This document shows positions 20,401 to 31,737 of a stretch of 43,525 nt of DNA, one piece after another. A program made the position numbers and the translations under genes. The notes below the pieces were generated by a model that had not been told where the DNA came from, did not search any database, and was given only the letters and a program-made list of their open reading frames with translations. Location: the NCBI GenBank assembly GCA_002269645.1, contig NIVC01000204.1, positions 1 through 43,525 on the forward strand, given 5' to 3'. The DNA is from Macrostomum lignano. Taxonomy: Eukaryota. How positions within the stretch are numbered: position 1 is the first letter of the stretch; the number at the start of each line of letters is the position of its first letter.

Positions 20401-20483
20401 TGAGCGAGTGATCGACCGGCATTGTAACTAGCCATGCCTTGATCTTCTTTTATTATCGCTGCTTTGGCTCGATAATCATGCAC
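17420..20483 (-). CDS. Predicted 2-exon, ~231-aa protein with a degenerate EF-hand pair (CIB/calcineurin-B/CHP-like C-lobe spacing) and a low-complexity tail
   Basis: Exon 1 is 20483-20285 (donor GTAAGA, phase 1) and exon 2 is 17916-17420 (acceptor GCACAG). They join in frame (696 nt). EF-like loops: FESMNADKDGYVSVAQA and FGLSRPGYLNRREF. Additional upstream exons cannot be excluded. Confidence 0.6.
18060..18381. mobile_element. Putative short MITE carrying a few GGCGCCCCTGTCTCT units
   Basis: Imperfect terminal inverted ends CAGTGACGTACCCGGG (18060) and CCTGCGTCCGCCATTG (to 18381). Internal units match the 11128-11898 satellite. No TSD seen. Confidence 0.4.
18498..20075 (+). mobile_element. 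5'-truncated, frameshifted RTE-like non-LTR retrotransposon (LINE) reverse transcriptase, antisense in the EF-hand gene intron
   Basis: RT motifs across three frames: WRTSKIVSIPKKG, NQRGIAL, QSGFRRGRST, FVDFCKAFDSV, GVLQGDTLAPLLF, AYADDIVL, NARKTK, FRYLG, ILLYGME, LGHCLR. No endonuclease domain upstream. Frameshifts at the T6 run 19077-19082 and at about 19420, 19500 and 19575. Confidence 0.92.
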
Positions 20484-22403
20484 TTGTTAGTTTATACCTT
20501 TTAAATCCAGCTCAGATTAGATTGTTTCAATTTGATAAGTCATCATGATTTCCATAGACACTACGCTAATAAACTTCTCAACTAAGAATCGCCATTGTAG
20601 GACGTAGTATATAATATACGTTTTTGCGATCTAGTTTGCCAAAACTGCAATAAATTTTGCCCAAGGAAAAATATCACTTATAATTTTGCTGTCTAGGCCA
20701 AGTCTGCTCAGTCATGACCAGAGTTTCAGCCACAGACAACTCTTTGAAAACTGCAATCGATTTTGCCAAAACTGCGACCTTAGTCGAATGGTGGCAGTCA
20801 AATATCGTAGACAACTCTTTTCAACTGCATATAGACATGAACGAAGAAAATACCAAAATATGTCGAAGATTACTCGTATATTGATAAAACGAACTTAATT
20901 AACCTTGTTTATCACTTTATTGAAAAAAGTGGACGAAAATTTTTAGAAATTTATTAAGTTTTTTATTTCATTCAGACAGAGCAATTGTTGTTGTCTTACA
21001 ATTAGGCCAGAACCAGCATGGCTTATCAGGAGTAAAACGAACTACATGAATAAGCAAGAATTTTGGTTGAATTGCTGATTATCTAGGACAGCTTGCAGCA
21101 GAGATTACTACAAGTAGCTGGGGCAGCAGGGCTGTACATATAATTAGAGAGAAGCTACTCGCAAATATGAAATTTTACGTTTTGCTGTTAAAAAAGGACA
21201 ATTTGGAAAAAATTCACAAAAGATTTGTGGAATCGGGCACAGGTCGCTGAAAATCTTAATTAAGTCACGAAAAAAGCAAGAAAAATAACCATATATATAC
21301 TCGAAAAAAAGAAAATAATATTCTTTTAATTCAATATCTCGAACGTAGCTATGGTTCCAAAAAAACAGAGTTTAAGAATAACATTACAGGTCATACCAAT
21401 CATTTAACGAGGTCACGAGGATATACTGAACAGCCATTAAGTAAGTTTATACATGTAGATAGCTGAGTGCAAAATAGCAAGAGCAAGTATTAGTACATGC
21501 TACTAGCTCGTACGATTACTAAGGGTGACTCTTCGTACCAACTAATCAGTGTTAAGAAATACTATAATGTTAATCACTTTAGTGCGTACCGCTGCACTGC
21601 AGATGCAGTTCAGATTTCAACTTGAACTGACTTTATAAGTGCAGAGGTAGCGGATTAGGGATGGGCGGTTGGGTAACGTCTGACGATTGGCGGTTGGTTC
21701 AGTCGATAAACCTAGCAGGGACAGATAGGTTTAATAGCGATAAGTGTGGGGTGTGTACGGGTAGGGTTAAGTGCTGAATGATCAGCAATAAAATCAATAA
21801 CCCTCACCCCTCCCTACGTTCAGCCAGAGTTTCAGCTAGCGGGATGGCCGGGTTGACCATTGAATAATCGATAACCCTCACCCTCTCACACAGCCAGACT
21901 CTTAAGCTGGCGGGGTAGAAAAGCAGGGCGGGCTGGGTGAGAGGTTGAACACCTCCCCCTCTCCCCCCCCTCCCTAAAATAATCGATAACCCTCACCCAG
22001 CCGACGCAGACAGCCAGAATTTTGGACGCTGACATTAATCTAGCGGGGTAGAATATAAGGCTAGGGAGAGGCTAAAGACCCAGCTAAAAATCGATAAAAA
22101 CAAGCACAGGGGTAAAAAACAAAGATGGAGTTGTGGGACACAGACAGCTTTTCTTCGAAATATCGGATGCATCTAATTCTAAGAAGTACACGTGCTTGCT
22201 GGAATTTTAAATTGAAAAGTGTCTAATCTGATAGCCAGCAGTTTCTTAATATTTTTGTGTAAACAAAGTACAGTAAATTACAAGTAATGTTTACGCAGGG
22301 TTCTTCAAAACCTTTCAAACACAAGAAAATTCGAAACAGTGAAAAATACCCGACGACGTTAATGCAAAGTCACCAAATACACAAAAACAGTTTGTCTTTT
22401 CAC

Positions 22404-25400
22404 CTAAGCGTCTTCTCCCAGCCTTGCCAGCAGCATTTGCCGTTCAATTTTCCATTGGCGTTCAGCTTCGGCCAAATCTCGGAGCTGCTCTTTGAGCATC
22501 GCATTGGTCCGGTCTCGCGAGGCCAGTTCAGCCTCAAGCTGTTGCACCTTGCCAGAATCTGCTTCGGGCCCTCGGAACTGGGCAGTGGCTAAAGTTGAAG
22601 CTGCAGTATCGCCTCGGCCAGCCTCAGACAGTTCGCGCTGCAGCCTGGCCGCCTCCTCCCTGGTGCGATCGTGGCTCTGGCATTCGCGCTGCAATTCCCG
22701 CCTGAGCTTCTCGTAGTCCTGCATCAGTTTGGCTGTGCCGCGCTCCTTGGCCTCGTAGCGTTCGGCCAGACGGGAGCCCATCTGTTCGCGTAGCTCGCTG
22801 AGCTGCTGCCTGAGGCCGTCGTTCTCCTGACGAAGCTGTTGAAGCGCCTCCTGGCTAACGACGCCCGGTGCCCGTTTCAGGCGCTCATTTTCAGCTTCGG
22901 TTCGTTTGACTACATTTTTCAGGCGGGCGATCATCTCTTCGAGCTCGCGAGTCGATTTGCCGCTCTCGCCAATCTGCAAGATTTTTTGTTGAATAGATCG
23001 TGTTCGATACTTATTGGATTTGCGGACGTCGTTGATAATGCATTTCATGAAGTTCCAGTGTCAAACCGACCCTTAGTGGATTACTTTTAATCGTCAAATA
23101 GAAACTTGTCCCTTGCAAGTAGTTGATGAAATGGACATATATTTTTTGTCATTCCTTAATCTCGATCGGCTTGTTGATTGCTTGAGATTCTAACAAACAT
23201 TTGGGCCAGAGCATGAAACCAGTGTACGACATTTATCAGTGCGGAAAAACCGATTTGACTCTTTGGTTGCTCAAGATTCCTGAATATAGGATATAAAACC
23301 AAAATACAGGGTACTCACCCGTCGAATGTTGCTTGTAGAGCTGGTGCTAGATCGGGCTGTGTTTCCTGCCGCCTCCAGCTGAGCCTTCTCCTGCTTCAGC
23401 AGTTCAACGTACTTAGTCAGATGAGCTACTCGCTCCTGTGTGGGCGAGATGAGAGGATGAGAAAATGTAGGATTTACAAGCTTGTAAGACGCTTAGGTGC
23501 CTTCGGATTAAAATGCTACATTGCAACTAACTTTATAAACGTTCGAATAACAAGCATGCTATAAAAGTAGTGCTCTATCATTCATTTTTTTTGTTTTTTC
23601 CTGTCAGGTACACCTGAGCTGATACATACCACTCGACCTCACCTTCAGTCTGGGCAGGTCACGCCTTGCCTGATCAACTTCAAAAGTCAGATCGGTGTTC
23701 TCCCGCGTTAGCCCGGTCAATTGCGTCTCCAACGTCGCTGCTTCTCCCTCATCCTCTCCACTTCGACGGAGAATTCTGGCTTCTCCAATCGTAGCTGCCG
23801 CTCCAGCTCCTCTGTTCGCTCCTCCAGCATGCTAACTTGTCGACGAAGAGCCTCTTTCTCTCGTTCGTCGCCTAGCGTGTGCAGCTGGTAGCGCAGGCGG
23901 GACACTTCCTCTTCCAGTTGGAAGTTTTTCTCGCGCACATCAGCGTCAGCAATCTGCAGACGGCTACCGGTGAGTCGAGCCACCGAGACAGATTCTTGGC
24001 GACCCGGAGGGCCGTGTCGGGAGCCACCGCCTCCGCCCGTGCTTCTGTCCAGCGCATTCTTAGTGAGCTCGTATTGGCGCTGGAGCCTGTCAAACTCGAT
24101 CTGGTTGATACAGTTTGGGGTACGTGATTCTGAGAACTGACTGTGGTTGGATCTGATTGCTGATTCTACAGGAACTGGCCCTGATTCTACGGGAATGGGG
24201 TGCTGATTCTACGGGAATTGGGCACTGATTCTACATAAATCGGGCAACTGATTCCACGGCTGTTGGGTACTGATTCTACTGGAATTGGGTGCTGATTTTA
24301 CGGGAGTTGGATGCTGATTCTACGGCAGGTTGATACCGATTTTACGGGAATTGGGCTCTGATTCTACATAAATCGGGCGACTGGTTCTAAGGCTGTTGGG
24401 TACTCATTGTACCGGAATTGGATAGTGATTTTACGGGAGTTGGATGCTTATTCTACGGGAATTGGGTGCTGATTTTACGGGAAGTTAGATACCGATTCTA
24501 CGGGAATTGGGCTCTGATTCTACATAAATTGGGCAACTGGTTCTACGGCTGTAGGGTACTGATTTTTACAGGAATGGGGTATAAGATGGAGAAAGTTTCG
24601 ATACGGGACAGATTAAAGAAACTGATAACTGAGCTGTTTTAAAGTACAAAAATAATTCAGATGGAATCAAGGGGAGTGTGAAAACTGAGAAATAAAATGA
24701 GCGAAAAATTCTAGAAGACCATTTTAGAATGAAATGAAACAATTGTTTCCACGATACTACTAAATCTACTCACCTGTTTCTGCCCCAGTTTATCCTTTAA
24801 TTTGTCGATAGTTCTCTCCAGTCGCTTCCGTTCTTCCCACTCCTCGATGCCGCCGCTGCGACCGCCGCCACCGAAGCCACGGCCGCCGCTGAGACCAATG
24901 TCCGATTCGAAGGGCTTCTCAGGCCGCTGACGGAATCGCACGTTCTCTTCCTCAAGTAGGCGTACTTTGCGGCGCAGTTCTTCCATTTCCGTCTTCGTCT
25001 GCTCGTCTGCCCCGCCAGAGCGCTGAAAAAGAGGATTATATCAGATGACACGATTGCACAAGCGACAACCCGCTGAGCTACCCTGCAGGCATCAGCATCC
25101 GGGAAACATCAGATGCGCCCTACAGATAACACATTCTCACACATAACCCAAACCACACTGCATCTTTAATACATTGAAGTCATTAAAGCTCACCCTTGCG
25201 GCCTTAATCCTCTCCATCTTCTTCTGCATCTCCTCCATCTCCTGCTCCATCCTATTCTTCTCCGTTCTGAGCTTTGCCGCGGTGGCATCTTTGCGAGCCA
25301 CTTCGGCTTTGAGCTCTTCGCACTGCTGGACGGCCGCCTCTTTCTCTTCGCGCAGCTTGCGCTGCTCAGATTTGACCCGGAACGCGCGCTCCTTGGTGAG

Positions 25401-28400
25401 CTCCAGCTCGTCGGCAATCTCTTTGGTGTGCCGCTCTAAGATCCGGTGTAGATCCCGCTCCTGCTCGTTCTGCACCCCGCCAGCCTTCGCGGTCTCCTCG
25501 GCGTGGTACACCATGTCTGCGCGCAGGTCGGTCAGCGCTTTGCTCAATGCGCGCTGCTGCTTCTCCTTCTCCTCAAGCTGCATCTCCAGCTTGCGCACCA
25601 GATTCTTCATTGTGGCCGATGGGCCGCGCTCGTTTTCGGATTTTTGTCGGCGCAGGTCTTCGCGGAGCTGCTGAACCAAAGCGGACTTTTCAACTACCTA
25701 TAATAGAAAGGTGCAATGGTTTTTTAAAAATGCTACTGTCTTTAAAAGTTTTTAAACAATAACAGTAAAAAGTCCCAATATAATACACCCTCACCTCCTG
25801 CTTGGCTCTCGCCACCTCCTCTGTGCACCTCCGCTTCTCTTCGTCCAGCTCCTCCTTGAGCACCGCTCTCTCGGCGTCGAAGCCCTTGTGCGCAGTGTCG
25901 TAGCTCAACTTCCACGTTTCCATTTCTCGTCGGGCCTCCCTCAGCTCACTCTCCAATCCAGCCGATTTGCCGCGCTCGTGAGCCAGCAGTTCCTGCAGTT
26001 CGTGCAGCTTCTTCAAATGCTTGCGAGTCACAGATTCCCTCGGCAGCTCGCCTGTAGCCGCAGAGCCCTGCTGAGCAGCTGTCTGTCTCATCACCAGCTC
26101 TTCCTTCTGCGACAGTTTTTCCCGCAGCATCTTTGCTTCTTCGTTGTGCCGGCGTACAGCCGTCTCCAAATCATCTTGAGCACCTTTCAGCAACTCCTTG
26201 TACTTGGCCAAGGACTCCTCTTTCTGCTGCAGGCGGGCCTGAAGAGAGGCCACGGTTGTCTGGGCTGCATGTAGGGTCTTTGCCTCGACGAAATTCTCCA
26301 TGGGGTTGGCAGACGCGGCGGCAGCGTCAGCCTCGGCAGCAGCAGCGGCGAACTGGCGATCCCGGTCAGCTGTGGCGGGCAATCGAAGGCGCAGCTCGTT
26401 GATGGCGCGCTCCTTTTTGATAAGCGCACGCTCCCGCTCCTTCAAAGTCTCTTCGAGCTCGCGCATCTGCGACTTCAACTGTTTGTTTTCGCTCTCCAGA
26501 TCAAAGATAGCTTTGATTTTCTGTTTGATCGTGGCCACAGCCTGCTCCAGCTGCAGCGGCAGTGGCAACTCGCGGTCCGGCACATCAGAAGCCGTAGCCT
26601 CGCCGAGTCGCTTTGCTGTTCCAGCGATTTCAGAGCCGGCCGATTCCATGCGCGTGACGACGCGTTCGAGTTCAGCTTCGCGCTGTTCCCATAGCAACTG
26701 GCGCTCTTCGTAGTCCTTGCTGAGCCTAACCGCGTCCTCCTCTAGCTGGCCAATCAGGGCTTCTTGACTGCGGACGACACCTTCGAGGTGCTTCACCTGG
26801 ATTTTGGTGGAAAGTAAAAGTTCATTAGGTGGTTGACAGTTAAACTGGCTAAAGCATTAAATACCGCTCAATCACTCACCTGTTGTCGAGCTCGTTCGCA
26901 GGCCCTGCGTTGCTGGAGCTCCTGCAGCCGAAGCTGCTCCATCCTTTGATGCCATTCAGCAACCTTCTTTGCTCCGGTTCCTGTTCTCAGTGCTTCATGC
27001 AGCTCCGCCTGAGTTTCCTGGCGCGTCTTCATAGCCAGAAGCTCATCCTCAGCCTTGGCGCGCTGTTCCTCGGCTTCTGTGAGCAGTCGCTTAGTGCGAA
27101 GCTTGTCCTCTTGCAGGGCTAGAAGCGTTTTAGTGAAGCGCTCCTGCGGAAAGGTTCGGGTTGGAAAACATGAGCACATGTTACCTTGTCATCGGAACAA
27201 AGAAAATATTTCTTATAAGCCTAACAATGCGATTTTTCACTCTTCAACTACAAAATTTATTGTAAAAACTCCGTTGAGAGATCTCACCTGTTTAGCTAGT
27301 GGTACGCAACCGGCAAACTGGCTGCGCAAACTGCTGACCGTCTCTCGCAGCTGTTTGGTTCGACTGCGACACTCAAGTCGATGCTGACTCAACGTCTCGT
27401 CGCGCTCGTCCACTCGCTGCTCTAGACGAAGCATTTGAGCCTCGGAACGACGCGATTTGGCAAAAGCGTCTTCCAACTTGCGCAGGGCGGTGGTCTCGGA
27501 CAGTTGCAGCTGTACAATGTGCCTGTGCAGGCGACCGATCACGGCCCGCTCGTCGCTCTGGCATTGAAAGTCAAGCAACTGCTGACGAAGACTGGTGAGC
27601 TCCTTCTCCTGCGACACCTGCTGCTCGCGGAAGGTCTTGGACTGGCTCAAAGCGATGTCACTCAATTCGCGCAGCCGTTCGACCTCCTGCTTCAGCTTGA
27701 GCTCGGCCTCCTCCAGTGTGGAGATGCGTTGCCTGTCTCGATCGCTGGCTTCCTTAGTGACGCAGGTTGCCAAGGAGTCGCGCAGCTCCCGCTCCGTTTT
27801 CTGAGCCTCCAACACTCGGGTGGTGAGTTCGGCAAATTTCTCTTCTAACTCTCGATTCCTAGCGTCCAGTTGCTGCAGCTGAAGCTTCTGGCTTTCGTAC
27901 ATTTGGCTGGCGTGATCGGCGCGCTCTCGTTCGTTCAGCTCCTTCATCTCGAGCATGCTCAGCTTCTTGGACATGGCCACTTGGCTCTGCTCAGTCACGC
28001 CTGTGTCAACCCCGCGTTTCGACAGCTCTTCCATTGTGGCCTCGAGCAGATGCCGCTTCTCTTTTTCCACCGTGAGCGCCTTTTTCAGCGTTTCATTGTC
28101 CAGTCGCAGCTGCCGCAACTCCATTTCCATCGTGTCCAGAGTTTCAGCCTTGTGCACTAGGCTGTTGTTCTTCTCTAGGAAGTCGCGGTACTTCTCCGTC
28201 AGCTCGTCCAGTTTCCGCTGCAGCCTGTCTAGGTCGTCTCGTGGTACGCAGTCGGCCAGAGCCTTCTGCAGTGAGTTCACCTTGAACGCAGCCGTTTCCT
28301 TAAAGCGTCGATAATATCCCAAACGCTCCGTGACAGCCTTTTCCATTTCGGTAAACTCGGACTTCAATCGGCCGTTCTCGCGGCGCAGCGTCTTCTCGGC

Positions 28401-31400
28401 TTCCTGCAGCGCGGTGAATCGTCGAACCAAAGCCGCTTCGTTGCAGCGCAGCAGGGTCACCTGGCGAGTCGTCTCAACCATTCGGCGTGCCTGCTCTTCT
28501 GGTTTCTGCGCCAGAGTGTCCAGCAGACGGTCGAACTCGCTCAGCCTGGCGGCGTCCTCCTGACGCTCACCCTTTAACTCATCGAGGCGCTGGTTCAGCC
28601 GGGTCTTCTCTTCCGACCAGCTGGTTCGTTCGCGAAGGTGCTCGGCATACAACAAGCTTTGCTGGTGTCTGCGGTTATGGGGAAGATGTCATATCATACC
28701 ATGGCGATTTTTCTCCATTGTTTTTATTTAAGCCAAATAAAGCAAAGCTTACCTAGCCACCGCAAACTTCGCTCGAAAGTGCTGCAGACTCTGGTCTAGT
28801 TTAGAGACCTCTTCTTTCCGTTTCTTAGCCTCAGCCAGAGCTTGTACCAACTGCTCGGTGAGCGAATTGATAACCTCCTGCGAGGTTTGAGTCATATTCT
28901 CTGGAAGGTTCAGGCTGAAGATGGTCTTTGAAGCGGCGCCAACGTTGCGCACCATGTCCAGGTCGGCCTGTAGGCGCTCAGAGAGGGCGCGAGTTTTGTC
29001 CAACTGAAGCTTGTTCGCCGCGGTTTCGGCGCGAGATTCGCGTAATTCGGCTCGGACTTCGTCGTAGCGACCCTGGTTTGTTTGATTCAAGGGGTTAAAT
29101 GACTGGCTGGCTCTGTACATGTATTATTCATATTATTTACAAGTCGTACTTTGTTTAATTTACTAGAACTACTTCTCACCTGTAAGTGGTCCAAACGAGT
29201 CTTCAAATAAGAGCTGGCATCGATGTCGCCCATCACCTTCTTGGCCTCAAGCGCCGCCAGAAACTTGTCCAAAGAGGGACACTCCAGTGAGCCAGCCTTG
29301 CGGTTTTCCATGCCATCCTTGATCTCTTTGAGCGCCGATTCCATCACGCGATTTTCCTCCGACAGATTTTCATTTTGTGTCTGCAGCTGGCAGACTTTCT
29401 TTTCCTGCTCTTCGAACTCGCGAGCAGCTCGGCTCAGCTCTTGGCGCAGTCCGGCAGCTTCAGCACCGCCTGCGACGCTTCGGCCGGTACGCGCAGTTTC
29501 CGGCTCGAGAATTCCACCACGACTGGACAGCATGGTTGAGCCAGGAGCTGCAGCCATCGCGCTGCCAGCCATGCGCGGCTGAATCATCTCATCAATGCCG
29601 GAGTGGACACCTCCGGCTCTTTCAGCCTCGACGAAAGACTCCAGCACCATCAGGTTGCCAGACAGTCCCATCTGAGCTGCCTGACCCCCGCACTGCTTTG
29701 CCAAACTCTTCACCTGCCATTTTAACCGCATTCGCTCGTCTTCTAGGCTCTCGATCTCCTTCTGCAACACCATGATGGTAGCCGAGTCCTCCTCCTGCTG
29801 CACAGCCTTGGCACGCCTGTAAGGAAGGTTTTCATTGGTTAAGCGCTTTTACGAGCCAGTATACTGTGTGTGCCAGCTGATTCTTGCATTTCAAGCAAGA
29901 ACCCAAATTAGAGCCCTGCTACCCTCATTCATTCCGGCAGTTTATGCTACGGTTAGTAGTCCATCATACAAAGATCAGCCCATGGTCACTCACCTGTGGG
30001 CCGTAGTGTCTAGCACCTCATCCGGGGCGATGCCCAGCCTCTCCCGCATCATGGAATTTTCAATGCGCAGATTGTCGGCATCGTCGTGCAACTTGTTGAT
30101 CTGTCGAACGTAGTCTTCAATCATTCGTCGACAGTACTCCAACTCGCGTTCCTTCGCTTTGGTTTCGTCGACGGCTTCCTTCAATCCGAATACTCCGGCA
30201 ACTATTTGGTCGTTCCGATTAACCAGCTCTTCGTTCTTCTCTTCGAGCTCGCGCGAGGCTTTCTCAGATTCTAACGCCTGTTGGTGGCCTTCCTCCAAAC
30301 GCTGCTTGAGTCCCTGGTTTTCTTTCAGTAGCTGACCGATTCGATCGGCCTGTCGACTCACCATCGTGTTTCCCGAGGCCGCTTGGTCTAGCTGGAACTG
30401 CTCCAACATCGCCTTGACCCGGTTGCACTCGTCTGTGCCTTCGCTCAGCTCCTGTCGCAGTTCATCAATTGTTGTGTCCCGCTCTTGCAGTCGCTGCTGC
30501 AGCTTTGCGAGCTGCTCTTTGCTCGCGTCGACGCTCAATGCGCCTAGACGAGAGCGTAGCTCACGGACCTCCTGCTCAGCCCGGCGCAACTCGTCGTCCT
30601 TGTCTGCGAGGTGTTTGCGCCACTCCTCCACCTTTTCGTTGACCGCGTTCATGATGTTATCGTCGTCCCGGCGAAGCATGGCGATCTCGTCCTGTAGCTC
30701 CTGCACCTGCTGACGTAGCACCTCGATTTGGCCCGTTGCGTTAGCCGCCTCCGTGTCCTTTTCGTCCACGTAGGCCTGTTGGTAGGGAAGTGCTGCTTTG
30801 TACTACCAGTGTCTAATAATCGCGTCCAACTAAATACGAGTAACATCTATTTTGTCGCGATCTTACCTTCATGTCTTGGTAGCGAGCGCAGAAGCTTTCG
30901 TATTCAGCAGCTCCATCCAACAGCTCTTTCTGGACTTTTTCCAGTTTCTCTTGCAGCTCAGCTTTGCCCTGCAGGGCCAAGTCGAGGTCGGTTTTCAGTT
31001 GGCGAACCTTTTGATTCAGGTCGCTGATGGCGTACTTGGTTTCCTGGCTCTTCTCAGTGCGATCGATTCGCTCTTGAAGGGTTGTGAGGCGACTACTGAG
31101 ACTGCGATTCTCGGACTCCACCTCTGAAAGTTTCTGCTCCAGGCTGTTTCGCTTGTTCTCGAGATCTTCGTTCTCTCCGGTTAGCTGTTGGGGAGAGATA
31201 AAATGTGCGTATTCGAAAATGCTAGCAATACTACTTACATGTAGTCCACCAAACAAACCTTGCTGATGTCTTGTTCCTTCTTCCGAATGTCACTCTGCAA
31301 GGACTCAACCTCTTTGTTCAGCCGCTCATTCTCATTGAGCAGGTCGAGCTCCTTGTCGGCGTCTGCTCCGCCTTCTCGTGCCGTCCGCCTCAGGCGCTGA

Positions 31401-31737
31401 TTCTCCTTTTCCAAATCGTCGAGTGCAATCTGCAGATCCGTCGTCTGTTTCTCCATCCGCTCGTGCGCCATCTTTTGCGAGTCAATGATGGCGTCGTAAA
31501 GATTCAGCACCATCTCTGCCTCCCCGTCGACGTCCATGTTGCCGGGGTCAAACTAGAAATAAAGCAACATATAATTGATTCTTCTTTGAGAGAGATGAGT
31601 TCGGAATGGTCAGTGTGCAGATACTGATAAACACTCAGTTAGTTACTTACGTCATTGATTTGGTCCACAATGGATTTCACATTCTCCGGATTGACCGTTC
31701 CCGGATCGATTTTGCGCAAGTCGTCCAGCGTCACCAT
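22404..31737 (-). CDS. CEP290: Centrosomal protein of 290 kDa (ciliary transition zone), 14 exons, about 2327 aa; one apparent 1-nt frameshift
   Basis: Exons 31737-31651, 31552-31259, 31184-30867, 30775-29994, 29816-29180, 29072-28753, 28668-27288, 27143-26880, 26796-25795, 25697-25194, 25022-24774, 24100-23643, 23435-23319, 22973-22404, all GT-AG. CEP290-specific motifs in the expected order: IMNAVNEKVEEW, GVFGLKEAV, LQKEIESLEDER, KFAVARHQQSLLY, KKLSMLEMKELNERERA, INELRLRLPATA, SATMKNLVRKL, ARRDLPRLK, SGKSTRELE. Confidence 0.96.
24150..24590. repeat. ~22-bp minisatellite (TGATTCTACGGGAATTGGGTGC) with higher-order organisation, in CEP290 intron 11
   Basis: About 20 diverged units. The variant CTGATTCTACATAAAT recurs at 24225, 24358 and 24514. 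Confidence 0.88.

Noticed and set aside
22287-31627. Many + strand ORFs over CEP290
   Set aside because: Antisense shadows of GC-rich coiled-coil exons.
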